This document shows, piece by piece, positions 1 to 9,024 of a DNA stretch of 32,000 nt. Position numbers and translations under genes: made by a program. This DNA is from Psychrobacter sp. DM4 (GTDB taxonomy: Bacteria > Pseudomonadota > Gammaproteobacteria > Pseudomonadales > Moraxellaceae). Each line of letters starts with the position of its first letter. Positions within the stretch are counted from its first letter, which is position 1. The notes under the pieces were generated by a model, which was not told the origin of the DNA, ran no database searches, and worked only from the letters and a program-made list of their open reading frames with translations. The stretch covers positions 1,860,001-1,892,000 of the forward strand of contig NZ_CP195536.1 of NCBI RefSeq assembly GCF_051307035.1, read 5' to 3'.

Positions 1-46
1 AACCCGCGTCTTTGAGCGCGAAAGCTTCAAAAAAAGTGTCCGTTAG
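1..46 (+). CDS. sspA: 3' end of stringent starvation protein A (partial, runs off left edge)
   Basis: Frame 2 is open from the window edge to TAG 44-46 (..TRVFERESFKKSVR*). It sits directly upstream of sspB, as in the conserved sspA-sspB operon. Only 14 codons are visible, so the call rests mostly on synteny. Confidence 0.35.
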   Translation, partial: TRVFERESFKKSVR

Positions 47-115
47 TTGAACGATGATGTATTGTCCGTTTAAGACATGCATTACAATAATTTTATGAGT
101 ATAGGAAACCATCAG

Positions 116-553
116 ATGAGCGAAACCACATCAATCACACCAACCCGTCCTTATATGGTACGTGCACTATACCAATGGATAGAAGACAACGATCTGACGC
201 CTTATCTGATGGTCGATGCCACTGCTCAAAATGTACAAATACCAAAAGAGCATGTGCAAGATGGTCGTATTGTCTTGAATATTGCTAGCCGTGCTACGGG
301 CAATATGAGTATGGAAAACGACTATATTCACTTTAGTGCGCGCTTTGGTGGCGTGTCACAAGAGATTTGGGTACCTATAATCGCTGTCATGGGCATATAT
401 GCCAAAGAGAACTCACAGGGTATGTTCTTTGACCCTAATGAATATGATAATTATCAGCCTGAAGAAGGTTCGGAGACTGCTGTTAAGAAGAGTCCTGCTG
501 CTGCGCCGAAACCTAAACGCAATAATAAAGCAGGCTTAAAAGTCTTAAAGTAG
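116..553 (+). CDS. sspB: Stringent starvation protein B (ClpXP specificity adaptor)
   Basis: The ORF spans 77-553. TRPYMVRALYQWIEDNDLTPYL, IVLNIA.RA and FSARFGG resemble E. coli SspB. The C-terminal GLKVLK resembles the ALRVVK ClpX-tethering tail. ATG 116 is preferred: AGGAAA lies at 103-108 and the N-terminal length then matches E. coli. ATG 77 and 95 are alternatives. Confidence 0.85.
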   Translation: MSETTSITPTRPYMVRALYQWIEDNDLTPYLMVDATAQNVQIPKEHVQDGRIVLNIASRATGNMSMENDYIHFSARFGGVSQEIWVPIIAVMGIYAKENSQGMFFDPNEYDNYQPEEGSETAVKKSPAAAPKPKRNNKAGLKVLK

Positions 554-565
554 TCAATTTTGCAT

Positions 566-604
566 AAAAAAAGCCAGTCATCGTTTATATGACTGGCTTT
601 TTTT
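566..604. terminator. Bidirectional intrinsic terminator between convergent sspB and dcd
   Basis: AGCCAGTCA (572-580) pairs with TGACTGGCT (590-598). The stem is flanked by an A-run on the left and a T-run on the right. Confidence 0.7.
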
Positions 605-642
605 ATGCTGCGTACTATCTAAAAATTAGTCTATATCTTTTG

Positions 643-1218
643 CTATGTTCTAGGTAAAGTCACACCGCGTTGTCCTTGATATTTGCCGCCGCGATCTTTA
701 TAGCTCGTCTCACAGACATCATCAGCATCACTTTGAAAAAACAACATCTGCGCGACCCCTTCTCCCGCATAAATACGGGCTGGCAAATTGGTCGTATTAC
801 TAAATTCAAGGGTGACATGCCCCTCCCATTCAGGCTCAAGTGGTGTCACGTTGACAATGATACCGCAGCGCGCATAAGTAGATTTGCCAAGGCAAATCGT
901 CAAAACATCACGCGGAATACGAAAATACTCCATGGTACGTGCCAACGCAAAAGAGTTGGGCGGAATAATACACTCGTCGCCAACGATATCAATAAAGCTT
1001 TTTTCATCGAAGTTTTTGGGATCAACGACGACTGAATGCACGTTAGTAAAAACTTTGAACTCAGGCGCGCAGCGAACATCATAACCATAGCTTGAAGTAC
1101 CATAACTGACCAAACGCTCGCCTGCATCATTGAAGCGTACTTGACCTGCTTCAAATGGCTCAATCATGCCATGCTCCTCAGCCATTTTACGAATCCAGCG
1201 GTCAGATTTGATAGACAT
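643..1218 (-). CDS. dcd: dCTP deaminase
   Basis: 191 aa. It is near-collinear with Pseudomonas-type Dcd as I recall it ([83 protein letters not shown]). Confidence 0.92.
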   Translation of the reverse strand: MSIKSDRWIRKMAEEHGMIEPFEAGQVRFNDAGERLVSYGTSSYGYDVRCAPEFKVFTNVHSVVVDPKNFDEKSFIDIVGDECIIPPNSFALARTMEYFRIPRDVLTICLGKSTYARCGIIVNVTPLEPEWEGHVTLEFSNTTNLPARIYAGEGVAQMLFFQSDADDVCETSYKDRGGKYQGQRGVTLPRT

Positions 1219-1373
1219 TTTTATCCTTAAGATTAGTTATGGGGTTTGTTTTACACCCTTTTAGTGGCGATAATTATACGGAATACGCGGGTCAATTTAT
1301 AGGTTTTTTAACAGATATAAATAACTGTTTTTATCGTTCTTGTTCGTGGTTCATCCTCTACCTGACTTATTAG

Positions 1374-1805
1374 CTACTGATTGACTGCTTGTCCTTGGTA
1401 GCTAATTACAGTACTTATTACTCTTCTTTTTGCTTGGTTCGATGCCACGTGAATGAACTCTATTATCATTCTAGTTTCAACAGGAGTTAATCCATCCAAT
1501 AGCTCTTCGCTCACATTAACAACAGCAATACCACTAATCCCATAAGCGTGTTTGGGAAACTTATGTAGTAAGTCTACTAACGCTTGCATAGCAGTAGGAA
1601 AGTCTATGAATAGCAGGCGGCGGTTGCTAAAGTCAGCATTAACCTGATGACTTTTGGTACTGCCATCCTTATAGTAAGCCGTCGCATTCAATTGATTGTT
1701 TGATAACTCAATTTCATACACGGGCGGACGTAGCATTTTTAGTAACTTATGCGGCTTAGGTAGCGTTTTTAGATAGTTATCATAGGTAGTTAAGCTCACT
1801 AGCAA
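1374..1805 (-). CDS. Hypothetical protein, 143 aa, no family recognised
   Basis: Intact ORF with a TTG start at 1805; an alternative ATG at 1736 gives MLRPPVYEIE. It lies 35 bp downstream of apbC on the same strand. By eye it is more AT-rich than its neighbours. I can name no motif. Confidence 0.5.
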   Translation of the reverse strand: MLVSLTTYDNYLKTLPKPHKLLKMLRPPVYEIELSNNQLNATAYYKDGSTKSHQVNADFSNRRLLFIDFPTAMQALVDLLHKFPKHAYGISGIAVVNVSEELLDGLTPVETRMIIEFIHVASNQAKRRVISTVISYQGQAVNQ

Positions 1806-1840
1806 TCCTTTTTTGATGCTATTAATAACGAGTTACCGTT

Positions 1841-3076
1841 CTAAAATATGCGCTTATCATCAGCAGGCTTTGCAAACTTGTTGATATTGGCTTCGATATT
1901 TTTGGCAATATTTATATAATAACTCGCAAACTCATCGTCAACCAATACGCTAGGCTCGCCTTTGTCCACTTGCGCGCGGATACCACTGGCCAGTGGCAAT
2001 TGACCGAGCAGCGGTACTTGGTACTGTTCAGCGATCATCTCGCCGCCGCCAACCCCAAAGATGGCTTCGGTAGTACCGCAGTTGCTACAAGTATGCAGTG
2101 CCATGTTTTCAACGACGCCAAGTACGGGAATATTCGTTTTGTTAAACATCTCAATGCCTTTTTGGGCATCAAGCAATGCGATGTGCTGCGGTGTTGTGAC
2201 GATAACAGCGCCAGTGACTGGAATACGCTGTGCCAGCGTCAATTGGATATCACCCGTACCTGGCGGCATATCTATCACTAAATAATCTAGTTGCGGCCAA
2301 CTCGTTTGATTATACAGTTGCATCAGTGCGCCAGTGGCTTTAGGTCCACGCCATGCCACAGGCGTGTTATCACCATCAAGCAAGCTACCAATCGATAGCA
2401 TTGCCATACCACGGGCATCGATAGGTACGAATTGCTCATTCTCTAGTTGCGGTCTAATATCAGCAACGCCTAGCATGGTTGGCATACTCGGCCCATAGAT
2501 ATCTGCATCCAATACCCCGACACGGTTGCCAAGCTTTTGTAACGCTAAGGCGATGTTGACCGTCGTCGTTGATTTACCAACGCCGCCCTTACCAGAGGCT
2601 ACGACGATAATATGGCGAATACGGGGATGCGCGGTTAGGGATGCTTGTGTTGGTGCAGCTTTAGCAATGGGTGGTTCATCAGTAGGATCAGTTTTCGTAC
2701 CACTATCAGGCTTTGAGACTGACTGACTCTGAGCGTCCATGGCATTAGTTGTCTTTGGCATCTGTTTTGGCAATGTTGACCCTGTGCCTTTGGCTGGGGC
2801 AGGCAGACGCACATTCATGTGAATGGTTTTGATACCGTGCGGATGCAATAGTTGACCAAGCTCTTGTTGTATGGTTTCAGGATTACTGTTTACGGGTAAA
2901 CGCAAATCTAGAGTAAGCTGGTCGCCATCGCGCTCAAGTCCCGTTACCATAGTGGCTATACTTATAGTGCCAACTTCGTAGCCGAGCAGTACTTTGTCCA
3001 CGGCACTATCACGCTCTGCTTGCTGCTGCGGAGTCTCAGGCTTGTCTGAGGTTCTTTTTTTTATAAAGTTGAACAT
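1841..3076 (-). CDS. apbC: Fe-S cluster carrier ATPase ApbC/Mrp
   Basis: Deviant Walker A SGKGGVGKSTT, the MRP signature WPQLDYLVIDMPPGTGD, and a CSNCG CxxC motif. A DUF59-like N-terminus is joined by a polar linker. Confidence 0.9.
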   Translation of the reverse strand: MFNFIKKRTSDKPETPQQQAERDSAVDKVLLGYEVGTISIATMVTGLERDGDQLTLDLRLPVNSNPETIQQELGQLLHPHGIKTIHMNVRLPAPAKGTGSTLPKQMPKTTNAMDAQSQSVSKPDSGTKTDPTDEPPIAKAAPTQASLTAHPRIRHIIVVASGKGGVGKSTTTVNIALALQKLGNRVGVLDADIYGPSMPTMLGVADIRPQLENEQFVPIDARGMAMLSIGSLLDGDNTPVAWRGPKATGALMQLYNQTSWPQLDYLVIDMPPGTGDIQLTLAQRIPVTGAVIVTTPQHIALLDAQKGIEMFNKTNIPVLGVVENMALHTCSNCGTTEAIFGVGGGEMIAEQYQVPLLGQLPLASGIRAQVDKGEPSVLVDDEFASYYINIAKNIEANINKFAKPADDKRIF

Positions 3077-3195
3077 AGCTACTTTTACTTCTATATCAAT
3101 AGGTTTTTAAGAGTTTGATTGCCGATACGCTTGAAGGAGTCAGTGTAGCTGAATTGGGAATATTAAAAAACCAGCAACCTCTACTAACTAACAGA

Positions 3196-3249
3196 CCGTT
3201 ACCTTTTAATGTTCCGTTACTTTTTACGGTTCTGTTGCCTTTTATTGGA
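3196..3249. repeat. Three imperfect 18-bp tandem repeats
   Basis: CCGTTACCTTTTAATGTT / CCGTTACTTTTTACGGTT / CTGTTGCCTTTTATTGGA, read directly. They lie upstream of apbC relative to the minus strand. Confidence 0.8.
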
Positions 3250-3456
3250 AAGCACTTGTTTATGGACTTGTGCGATTAATCGTTTGGCAAACGCTATAGT
3301 GCTAAAAATCTTGCTATAAATAGGTAGATTCACACTCCTGAGGCCTCATACACCGAGATTATCAAAAGTGTAGGGTCAGTGTCGAGGCCCATCTTGTTGA
3401 GCACAAAGGAGGCTCATATCAGGCACACAACCAGTCATGACCACAAGTATCACGCG

Positions 3457-4092
3457 CTATTGAATAATACGTACTGGCGTTTTTTCTTGTAGCTCATCAA
3501 AGCTGACGCCGTCTGCCAGCTCAACCAATTTAAGCCCTTTGTTAGTGACATCGAGGACAGCGAGTTCAGTGATGATGCGATCGACGACGCCTTTGCCCGT
3601 TAAAGGTAGTTCGCAGTTGGCAAGAATTTTGGGATCACCATGTTTGTTCACCTGCTCCATAAGTACAATCACGCGCTGCACGCCTGCAACCAAATCCATC
3701 GCCCCGCCCATACCTTTGACCATCTTTTTGGGGATCATCCAGTTGGCTAAATCACCATTCTCTGAGACTTCCATCGCGCCCAATATTGCAAGGTTAACGT
3801 GACCACCGCGAATCATCGCAAAGGACTCTGAGCTGCTAAAATAGCTGGCGCCAGGCTTTGCGGTCACTGTTTGCTTACCGGCATTGATCAGATCTGCATC
3901 GACGTCGTCTTCGGTCGGAAACTCGCCGATACCTAGCAGACCATTCTCTGACTGTAACCAAACATCTACGCCCTCAGGAATGTAATTGGCTACTAGCGTC
4001 GGTAGACCAATGCCTAAATTCACATAATGGCCATCTTGTAATTCTTGTGCGGCGCGCTGCGCCATTTGCTCTCTTGTCCATGACATAGTCAT
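3457..4092 (-). CDS. scoB: 3-oxoacid (succinyl-CoA:3-ketoacid) CoA-transferase subunit B
   Basis: [11 protein letters not shown] carries the catalytic Glu motif. [21 protein letters not shown] and [22 protein letters not shown] resemble B. subtilis ScoB more closely than E. coli AtoA. Confidence 0.85.
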   Translation of the reverse strand: MTMSWTREQMAQRAAQELQDGHYVNLGIGLPTLVANYIPEGVDVWLQSENGLLGIGEFPTEDDVDADLINAGKQTVTAKPGASYFSSSESFAMIRGGHVNLAILGAMEVSENGDLANWMIPKKMVKGMGGAMDLVAGVQRVIVLMEQVNKHGDPKILANCELPLTGKGVVDRIITELAVLDVTNKGLKLVELADGVSFDELQEKTPVRIIQ

Positions 4093-4148
4093 TGTCCTTT
4101 GTAATTATCACATGTCTTATTTTGGTTCATATCTAATCGACTGGTTAC

Positions 4149-4862
4149 TTAAGCGCTTTGAGCCGCTTTAGTCGTTGCTTTTTCGATACGCTTTTCAGGG
4201 TTATCATTGAGTACGATACGCTGAACGAAAATACCTGATAGATGTACCTCGTCTGGGTTGAGCGTACCTGTCTCTACGATCTCCTCAACCTCAGCAATAG
4301 TGATTTTGCCCGCTGTCGCACAGTCTGGATTGAAATTGCGCGCGGTTTTGCTAAATATCAAGTTACCTGCCTTATCAGCTTTTAGCGCTTTTACGAGAGA
4401 GACATCAGCGTTTAGCGCGCGCTCAAGGATATAAGTACGACCATCAAAGTCACGAGTTTCTTTGCCCTCGCTCACGAGAGTACCGACGCCAGTAGCCGTA
4501 TAAAACGCTGGAATACCCGCGCCACCTGAGCGTAATCTTTCGGCCAATGTGCCTTGCGGGGTAAGCTCGACTTCAAGCTCGCCCGCTAAGTATTGACGCT
4601 CAAACTCTTTATTTTCACCGACGTAAGATGAGATCATTTTTTTGATTTGTCGGGTTTGAAGTAGCAACCCTAAGCCAAAGTCATCGATACCTGCATTATT
4701 ACTGATACAGGTTAAATCTTTGACGCCGCTATCGCGTAGCGCCTCAATAAGTGCTTCAGGTATTCCGCACAGACCAAAGCCACCGATAGCGAGCATTTGA
4801 CCATCACTAACGATACCATTTAAGGCTTCTGCTGCCGTACTATATACTTTAGATTGACTCAT
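4149..4862 (-). CDS. scoA: 3-oxoacid CoA-transferase subunit A
   Basis: N-terminus [26 protein letters not shown] and motif [19 protein letters not shown] 4862 is preferred because AAGGAG lies 6 nt upstream. The six-frame ORF extends to TTG 4868. Confidence 0.85.
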   Translation of the reverse strand: MSQSKVYSTAAEALNGIVSDGQMLAIGGFGLCGIPEALIEALRDSGVKDLTCISNNAGIDDFGLGLLLQTRQIKKMISSYVGENKEFERQYLAGELEVELTPQGTLAERLRSGGAGIPAFYTATGVGTLVSEGKETRDFDGRTYILERALNADVSLVKALKADKAGNLIFSKTARNFNPDCATAGKITIAEVEEIVETGTLNPDEVHLSGIFVQRIVLNDNPEKRIEKATTKAAQSA

Positions 4863-4952
4863 GCCCAACTCCTTGCTTACTTAGTATTTTTTGGTGTTAC
4901 CTAGGATGCAATAAAAATTAAAACAATACATGTAGTATCAATATATTATATT

Positions 4953-4969
4953 TATGCTAACTTAGCATA
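4953..4969. promoter_or_regulatory. 17-bp perfect palindrome TATGCTAA-C-TTAGCATA, candidate operator
   Basis: Read directly. It lies about 90-105 bp upstream of the scoA start, in an AT-rich non-coding stretch. Confidence 0.35.
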
Positions 4970-5118
4970 TTATTATTCTAGGGACTAGATGATAACGCTA
5001 AGACTTAGACAATAATCCTAACAACTAGAGGATAAACAGCAACTTTGTTTGGCATTTTTTGCCAGCTTAAAGGTTTAAAATCATCTCTTTTGTTAATTAT
5101 CTATCTAAAAACTTGTAA

Positions 5119-6213
5119 ACACTACAAAAGACCGCCCATATTCCAAAACGTCTGATACCCGCAGCGATTGCCCTAGGCTCATTTACCTTTACGATGACCG
5201 CTCTACCCGGTACGCCTGCGATTCAAAACGCGATCCCTATTCCTTATTACAACACCAATGTCTTTGCCGCGCCCATATTGGGGATAATCGGCGGTCTAGT
5301 CATGTTCATCGGGGGCTGGCTGTGGCTCCAATCACGTGCCAAAAAAGCCAATGCGGCAGGCGAAGGCTATGGTCAGCATGACGATGAAGATGTTGCCGTC
5401 GGTGGTATCGATGCCAAAAAAGATCCTGCGAGCACGGCTCACAACAACGAAGCTCAAAGCAATGTTGCTAAGAGCAATTTAGCGACTACAAGTGAAGCAC
5501 GAAATACCCATCAAACGTCGTTTGCGGTAGCGATGATTTCGCTAGTTTTGGTTATCGCGCTAAACGCCATACTCACTTACTTTATCTTTCCAGCGATGGA
5601 CTTTAGCGGCTTACAGACGCAGTTTGCTGATCTTAATACTGAAGGCTCACTAGGGCTTTGGTCGATTATCCTCTCTTTGATTGTCGCTATTATTATACTG
5701 ATTGTGCTGCGTATCAGTCACTGGACTAATCTACAAAAAACTATCAACCGCGGTACTTATGACTCGATGTTGCCTATCGTTAATACCGCCTCAGAAGTGG
5801 GTTACGGCGCAGTTATCGCCTCGCTTGCAGGCTTTCTTCTCATTCGTGATAGTATATTGAACTTAAACCCCGACAACCCACTAATCTCAGAAGCAGTCGC
5901 TATGACTACGCTTGCGGGAATTACTGGCTCATCCTCTGGTGATTTGAGTATTGCTCTATCGACGCTAGGTGAAGATTATCTCAGAATGGCAGTAGAGGCC
6001 GGTATCGATTCTGAGCTGATGCACCGAGTTGCTGTCATGGCAGCGGGTGGTCTTGATACCTTGCCGCATAGTGGCGCGGTCATCACGCTATTTGCCATTT
6101 GTGGTCTGACGCATAAGCAGTCTTATCCTAATCTAGCAGTCGTGACCATGGTGATTCCATTGATCGCTATGATTGCTGTTATCACCTCAGGAACGTTGTT
6201 TGGATCGTTTTAA
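5119..6213 (+). pseudogene. 5'-truncated GntP-superfamily (hydroxy/keto-acid type) permease
   Basis: The frame opens at 5119, straight after a TAA, and encodes TLQKTAHIPKRLIPAAIALGSFTFT before the first ATG (5194). That ATG falls in mid-helix and has no SD. The upstream 4869-5118 is AT-rich with stops in all frames. The retained 339 codons are multi-TM (..LDTLPHSGAVITLFAICGLTHKQSY..), as in COG2610-type permeases. Confidence 0.55.
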
Positions 6214-6250
6214 AGTTTTGCATAGGTAACAATCTTTAGTATGAACTCAC

Positions 6251-6283
6251 AACCCACTTAGCATGATGCTCGGTGGGTTTTTT
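6251..6283 (+). terminator. Intrinsic terminator after the permease remnant
   Basis: AACCCAC (6251-6257) pairs with GTGGGTT (6273-6279), followed by a T-run. Confidence 0.65.
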
Positions 6284-6435
6284 AACACTAATGATTACTG
6301 AGTAATATCACAACTTTGATTGAATTACGGTATCATAGGCCTTATTTTTTGATTTTAGCGTCTCTTGTCTCCTTATTTACCCCAAAAGCGGCACTTGAGA
6401 CATCCGATAATCAACCCGTTTATACAAAAATATAG

Positions 6436-8544
6436 GTGATAAAAGTGCGTGAGATTTTAGTAACCAGTGCCCTTCCTTATGCCAATGGCTACATTCATTT
6501 AGGCCACCTTGTAGAATATATCCAAACTGACATTTGGGTAAGAGCAATGAAAGCACAAGGTCATCAGGTCACTTACGTTTGCGCAGATGATGCTCATGGC
6601 ACCGCTATCATGCTCAAAGCTGAATCCAACGGTATCACGCCGGAGGAGCAAATTGCTTCAGTTAAAGCCTCGCATGAAGCGGACTTTGCCAAATTTTTGA
6701 TTAACTTTGACAATTATCACACCACCCATTCAGAAGAGAACAAGCATTTCTCCGAGCTGATTTATCGTCGTTTAAATAGCGCGGGGCACATCTCAACTCG
6801 TGACGTTGAGCAATTATTTGACCCTGAAAAGCAGTTGTTCCTAGCCGATCGCTTTGTCAAAGGTACTTGCCCAGAGTGTGATTCGCCAGATCAATACGGT
6901 GACAACTGTGAAGTCTGCGGCACCACTTATGATGCGACAGATCTTAAAGATCCATACTCAACGTTATCTGATGCTACCCCTGTACTGAAAACATCAAAGC
7001 ATTATTTCTTTGATTTGCCAGAATTTGAGCAATTCTTAAAGAATTGGACACGTAGCGATAATCGCTTGCAAATCTCAGTCGCCAATAAGCTCCAAGAATG
7101 GTTTGACGCCGGTCTAACCAGCTGGGATATCTCTAGAGACGCGCCCTACTTTGGTTTTCAGATTCCAGATACCCCAAGTGATGAGCCAGACAAATATTTT
7201 TATGTATGGCTAGATGCACCGGTTGGCTACATGGCTAGCTTCAAAAACCTATGTGATAAGCGTGCAGGTACAGACCAAGCGCTTGATTTTGACCATTACT
7301 GGGCACAAGAAAACGAGCACAAAACCGAGGTTTATCACTTCATCGGTAAAGACATTGTTTACTTCCATGCCTTGTTTTGGCCTGCTATGCTCGCAGGTAG
7401 TGAGCTGCGTACGCCGACTGGTGTCTTTGCTCATGGATTTTTGATGGTCAATGGCGAGAAGATGAGTAAATCGCGAGGCACCTTTATCAAAGCCGAAACG
7501 TACGCCGAGCACTTGCATCCTGAGTACTTGCGTTATTACTTTGCCAGTAAACTCTCCGACAAAGTCGAGGACATCAACCTTGATTTAGAAGACTTTATGC
7601 AAAAGGTCAACTCGGACTTGGTCGGTAAAGTCGTTAATATTGCCAGTCGTAGCGCTGGATTTTTGGTAAAGAAATATGATGGCATGTTGTCTGATACTTG
7701 CGTAGAGTCAACGCTATTAGAAGACATCACCAAGACGGGCGATGAGATTGCTGCCGCTTACGAGAATCGTGAGTTTGCGCGAGCCATGCGCCTTATTATG
7801 CAATGTGCGGACAAAGCGAACGAATATATCGATGAGAAAAAACCTTGGTCGCTCGCCAAGATGGAGGGCACTGAGCAAGAAGTACAAGACGTCTGCTCGG
7901 TGGCGATTAATATCTTCCGTCAATTGATGGTTTATCTTGCTCCTGTCTTGCCTGAACTGACCGCCAATGCCAAAGCGTTTTTGAATATCGATGATCTGAG
8001 CTTTGCCAGCCGTAACCAGTGGCTACTGGGTCACAAGATTAATAAGTTTAAACCCCTGATGCAGCGTATTGATGCAAAAGATGTTGAAGCGATGGTTGAG
8101 GCGTCAACAGAGTCTTTGACTCAACATGCCACTCCAGTTGCTGGTGATGATAATGAACCTGCGGCAAAAAATACTCAATCAGCAGTAGATACTGATAAGA
8201 GTGCTGAGCAAAAGGCCTATATCGGTATCGAAGACTTTGCCAAGGTTGAGATGACCGTAGCACACGTATTGGAGTGCAACTATGTCGAAGGCGCGGACAA
8301 GCTACTTCAATTTACCTTGGATGTTGGTGAAGACGCACCGCGCAACGTGTTCAGTGGTATTCGTAAATTTTATGAGCCTGAGCAATTGGTCGACAAAAAG
8401 GTGGTTTGCGTGACTAATCTTGCCCCGCGTAAGATGAAATTTGGTATATCAGAGGGCATGGTGTTATCGACAGGCGATACAAAGACAGGATTGACCGTAG
8501 TGATTTTACCTGATGAGTGCGTCGTTGGCGACACCCTTGCTTGA
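6436..8544 (+). CDS. metG: Methionine--tRNA ligase with C-terminal tRNA-binding domain
   Basis: [13 protein letters not shown] (HIGH-type motif), KMSKS, the zinc knuckle [18 protein letters not shown], and a C-terminal Trbp111-like domain ([27 protein letters not shown]). GTG 6445 is an equally plausible start, with AGGTGA at 6434-6439. Confidence 0.95.
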   Translation: MIKVREILVTSALPYANGYIHLGHLVEYIQTDIWVRAMKAQGHQVTYVCADDAHGTAIMLKAESNGITPEEQIASVKASHEADFAKFLINFDNYHTTHSEENKHFSELIYRRLNSAGHISTRDVEQLFDPEKQLFLADRFVKGTCPECDSPDQYGDNCEVCGTTYDATDLKDPYSTLSDATPVLKTSKHYFFDLPEFEQFLKNWTRSDNRLQISVANKLQEWFDAGLTSWDISRDAPYFGFQIPDTPSDEPDKYFYVWLDAPVGYMASFKNLCDKRAGTDQALDFDHYWAQENEHKTEVYHFIGKDIVYFHALFWPAMLAGSELRTPTGVFAHGFLMVNGEKMSKSRGTFIKAETYAEHLHPEYLRYYFASKLSDKVEDINLDLEDFMQKVNSDLVGKVVNIASRSAGFLVKKYDGMLSDTCVESTLLEDITKTGDEIAAAYENREFARAMRLIMQCADKANEYIDEKKPWSLAKMEGTEQEVQDVCSVAINIFRQLMVYLAPVLPELTANAKAFLNIDDLSFASRNQWLLGHKINKFKPLMQRIDAKDVEAMVEASTESLTQHATPVAGDDNEPAAKNTQSAVDTDKSAEQKAYIGIEDFAKVEMTVAHVLECNYVEGADKLLQFTLDVGEDAPRNVFSGIRKFYEPEQLVDKKVVCVTNLAPRKMKFGISEGMVLSTGDTKTGLTVVILPDECVVGDTLA

Positions 8545-8574
8545 TAAAGTGAGCTGCGATTACTGGAGCGTCTT

Positions 8575-8859
8575 ATGGTATTGCTTAGGCTGCTAGCTGA
8601 TATTCTTATCTATACGGCATTTGGGCTTATCATTTATTGGTACGTGACTAGTGATACAACCGCATTATGGATAGCTATTGGCTGCGGGGTGTTTGGTATT
8701 CTATTGATATGGTTTACAGCAGATATCAGACCCTCGCAGCGCCAGCGCAGACATACTAGCTCGGACATGTGGGACTGGTTATATTTTATAGATATTTTAG
8801 AGATACCTTTTTATGTGATTGGCTGGCTGTTTCGTGGTCTATGGCGTATTTTTGATTGA
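8575..8859 (+). CDS. Small membrane protein, 94 aa, unknown function
   Basis: GGAG lies upstream of ATG 8575. There are two to three hydrophobic segments. The gene is 30 bp downstream of metG. Confidence 0.5.
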   Translation: MVLLRLLADILIYTAFGLIIYWYVTSDTTALWIAIGCGVFGILLIWFTADIRPSQRQRRHTSSDMWDWLYFIDILEIPFYVIGWLFRGLWRIFD

Positions 8860-8917
8860 GCCTATTGGCTCAGATAGAATAGTTTTTATTATACTTTTTA
8901 TTGCGTTTTTTATTGCA

Positions 8918-8930
8918 CAAGGTAACCTTG
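8918..8930. promoter_or_regulatory. 13-bp palindrome CAAGGT-A-ACCTTG with a related half-site downstream
   Basis: Read directly. GCAAAGGTTAC at 8944-8954 can also pair with it. It lies about 70-105 bp upstream of the first binding-protein gene. Confidence 0.3.
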
Positions 8931-9024
8931 CTGTCATAATATAGCAAAGGTTACTATAACAATGCTTGTATTATTAGTTTAGCTGTTTTAACTGTACTAG
9001 CATGATTAACCAATACTTTAATAA

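Noticed and set aside
670-1163. ORFs of 121, 66 and 87 aa overlapping dcd in other frames or on the opposite strand
   Set aside because: These are shadow ORFs inside a confidently identified, highly conserved dcd gene. They have no SD and a low-complexity or odd composition.
1970-2726. Plus-strand ORFs (103, 74 and 66 aa) opposite apbC
   Set aside because: They are antisense shadows of a conserved gene and show no independent signals.
3339-3417. GAGGCYCAT x3 and the palindrome TGAGGCCTCA as a REP-like element or scoB terminator
   Set aside because: The spacing is irregular (44 and 25 bp), there is no stable stem followed by a T-run on the minus strand, and the element does not recur elsewhere in the window. 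It is mentioned only within the spacer finding.
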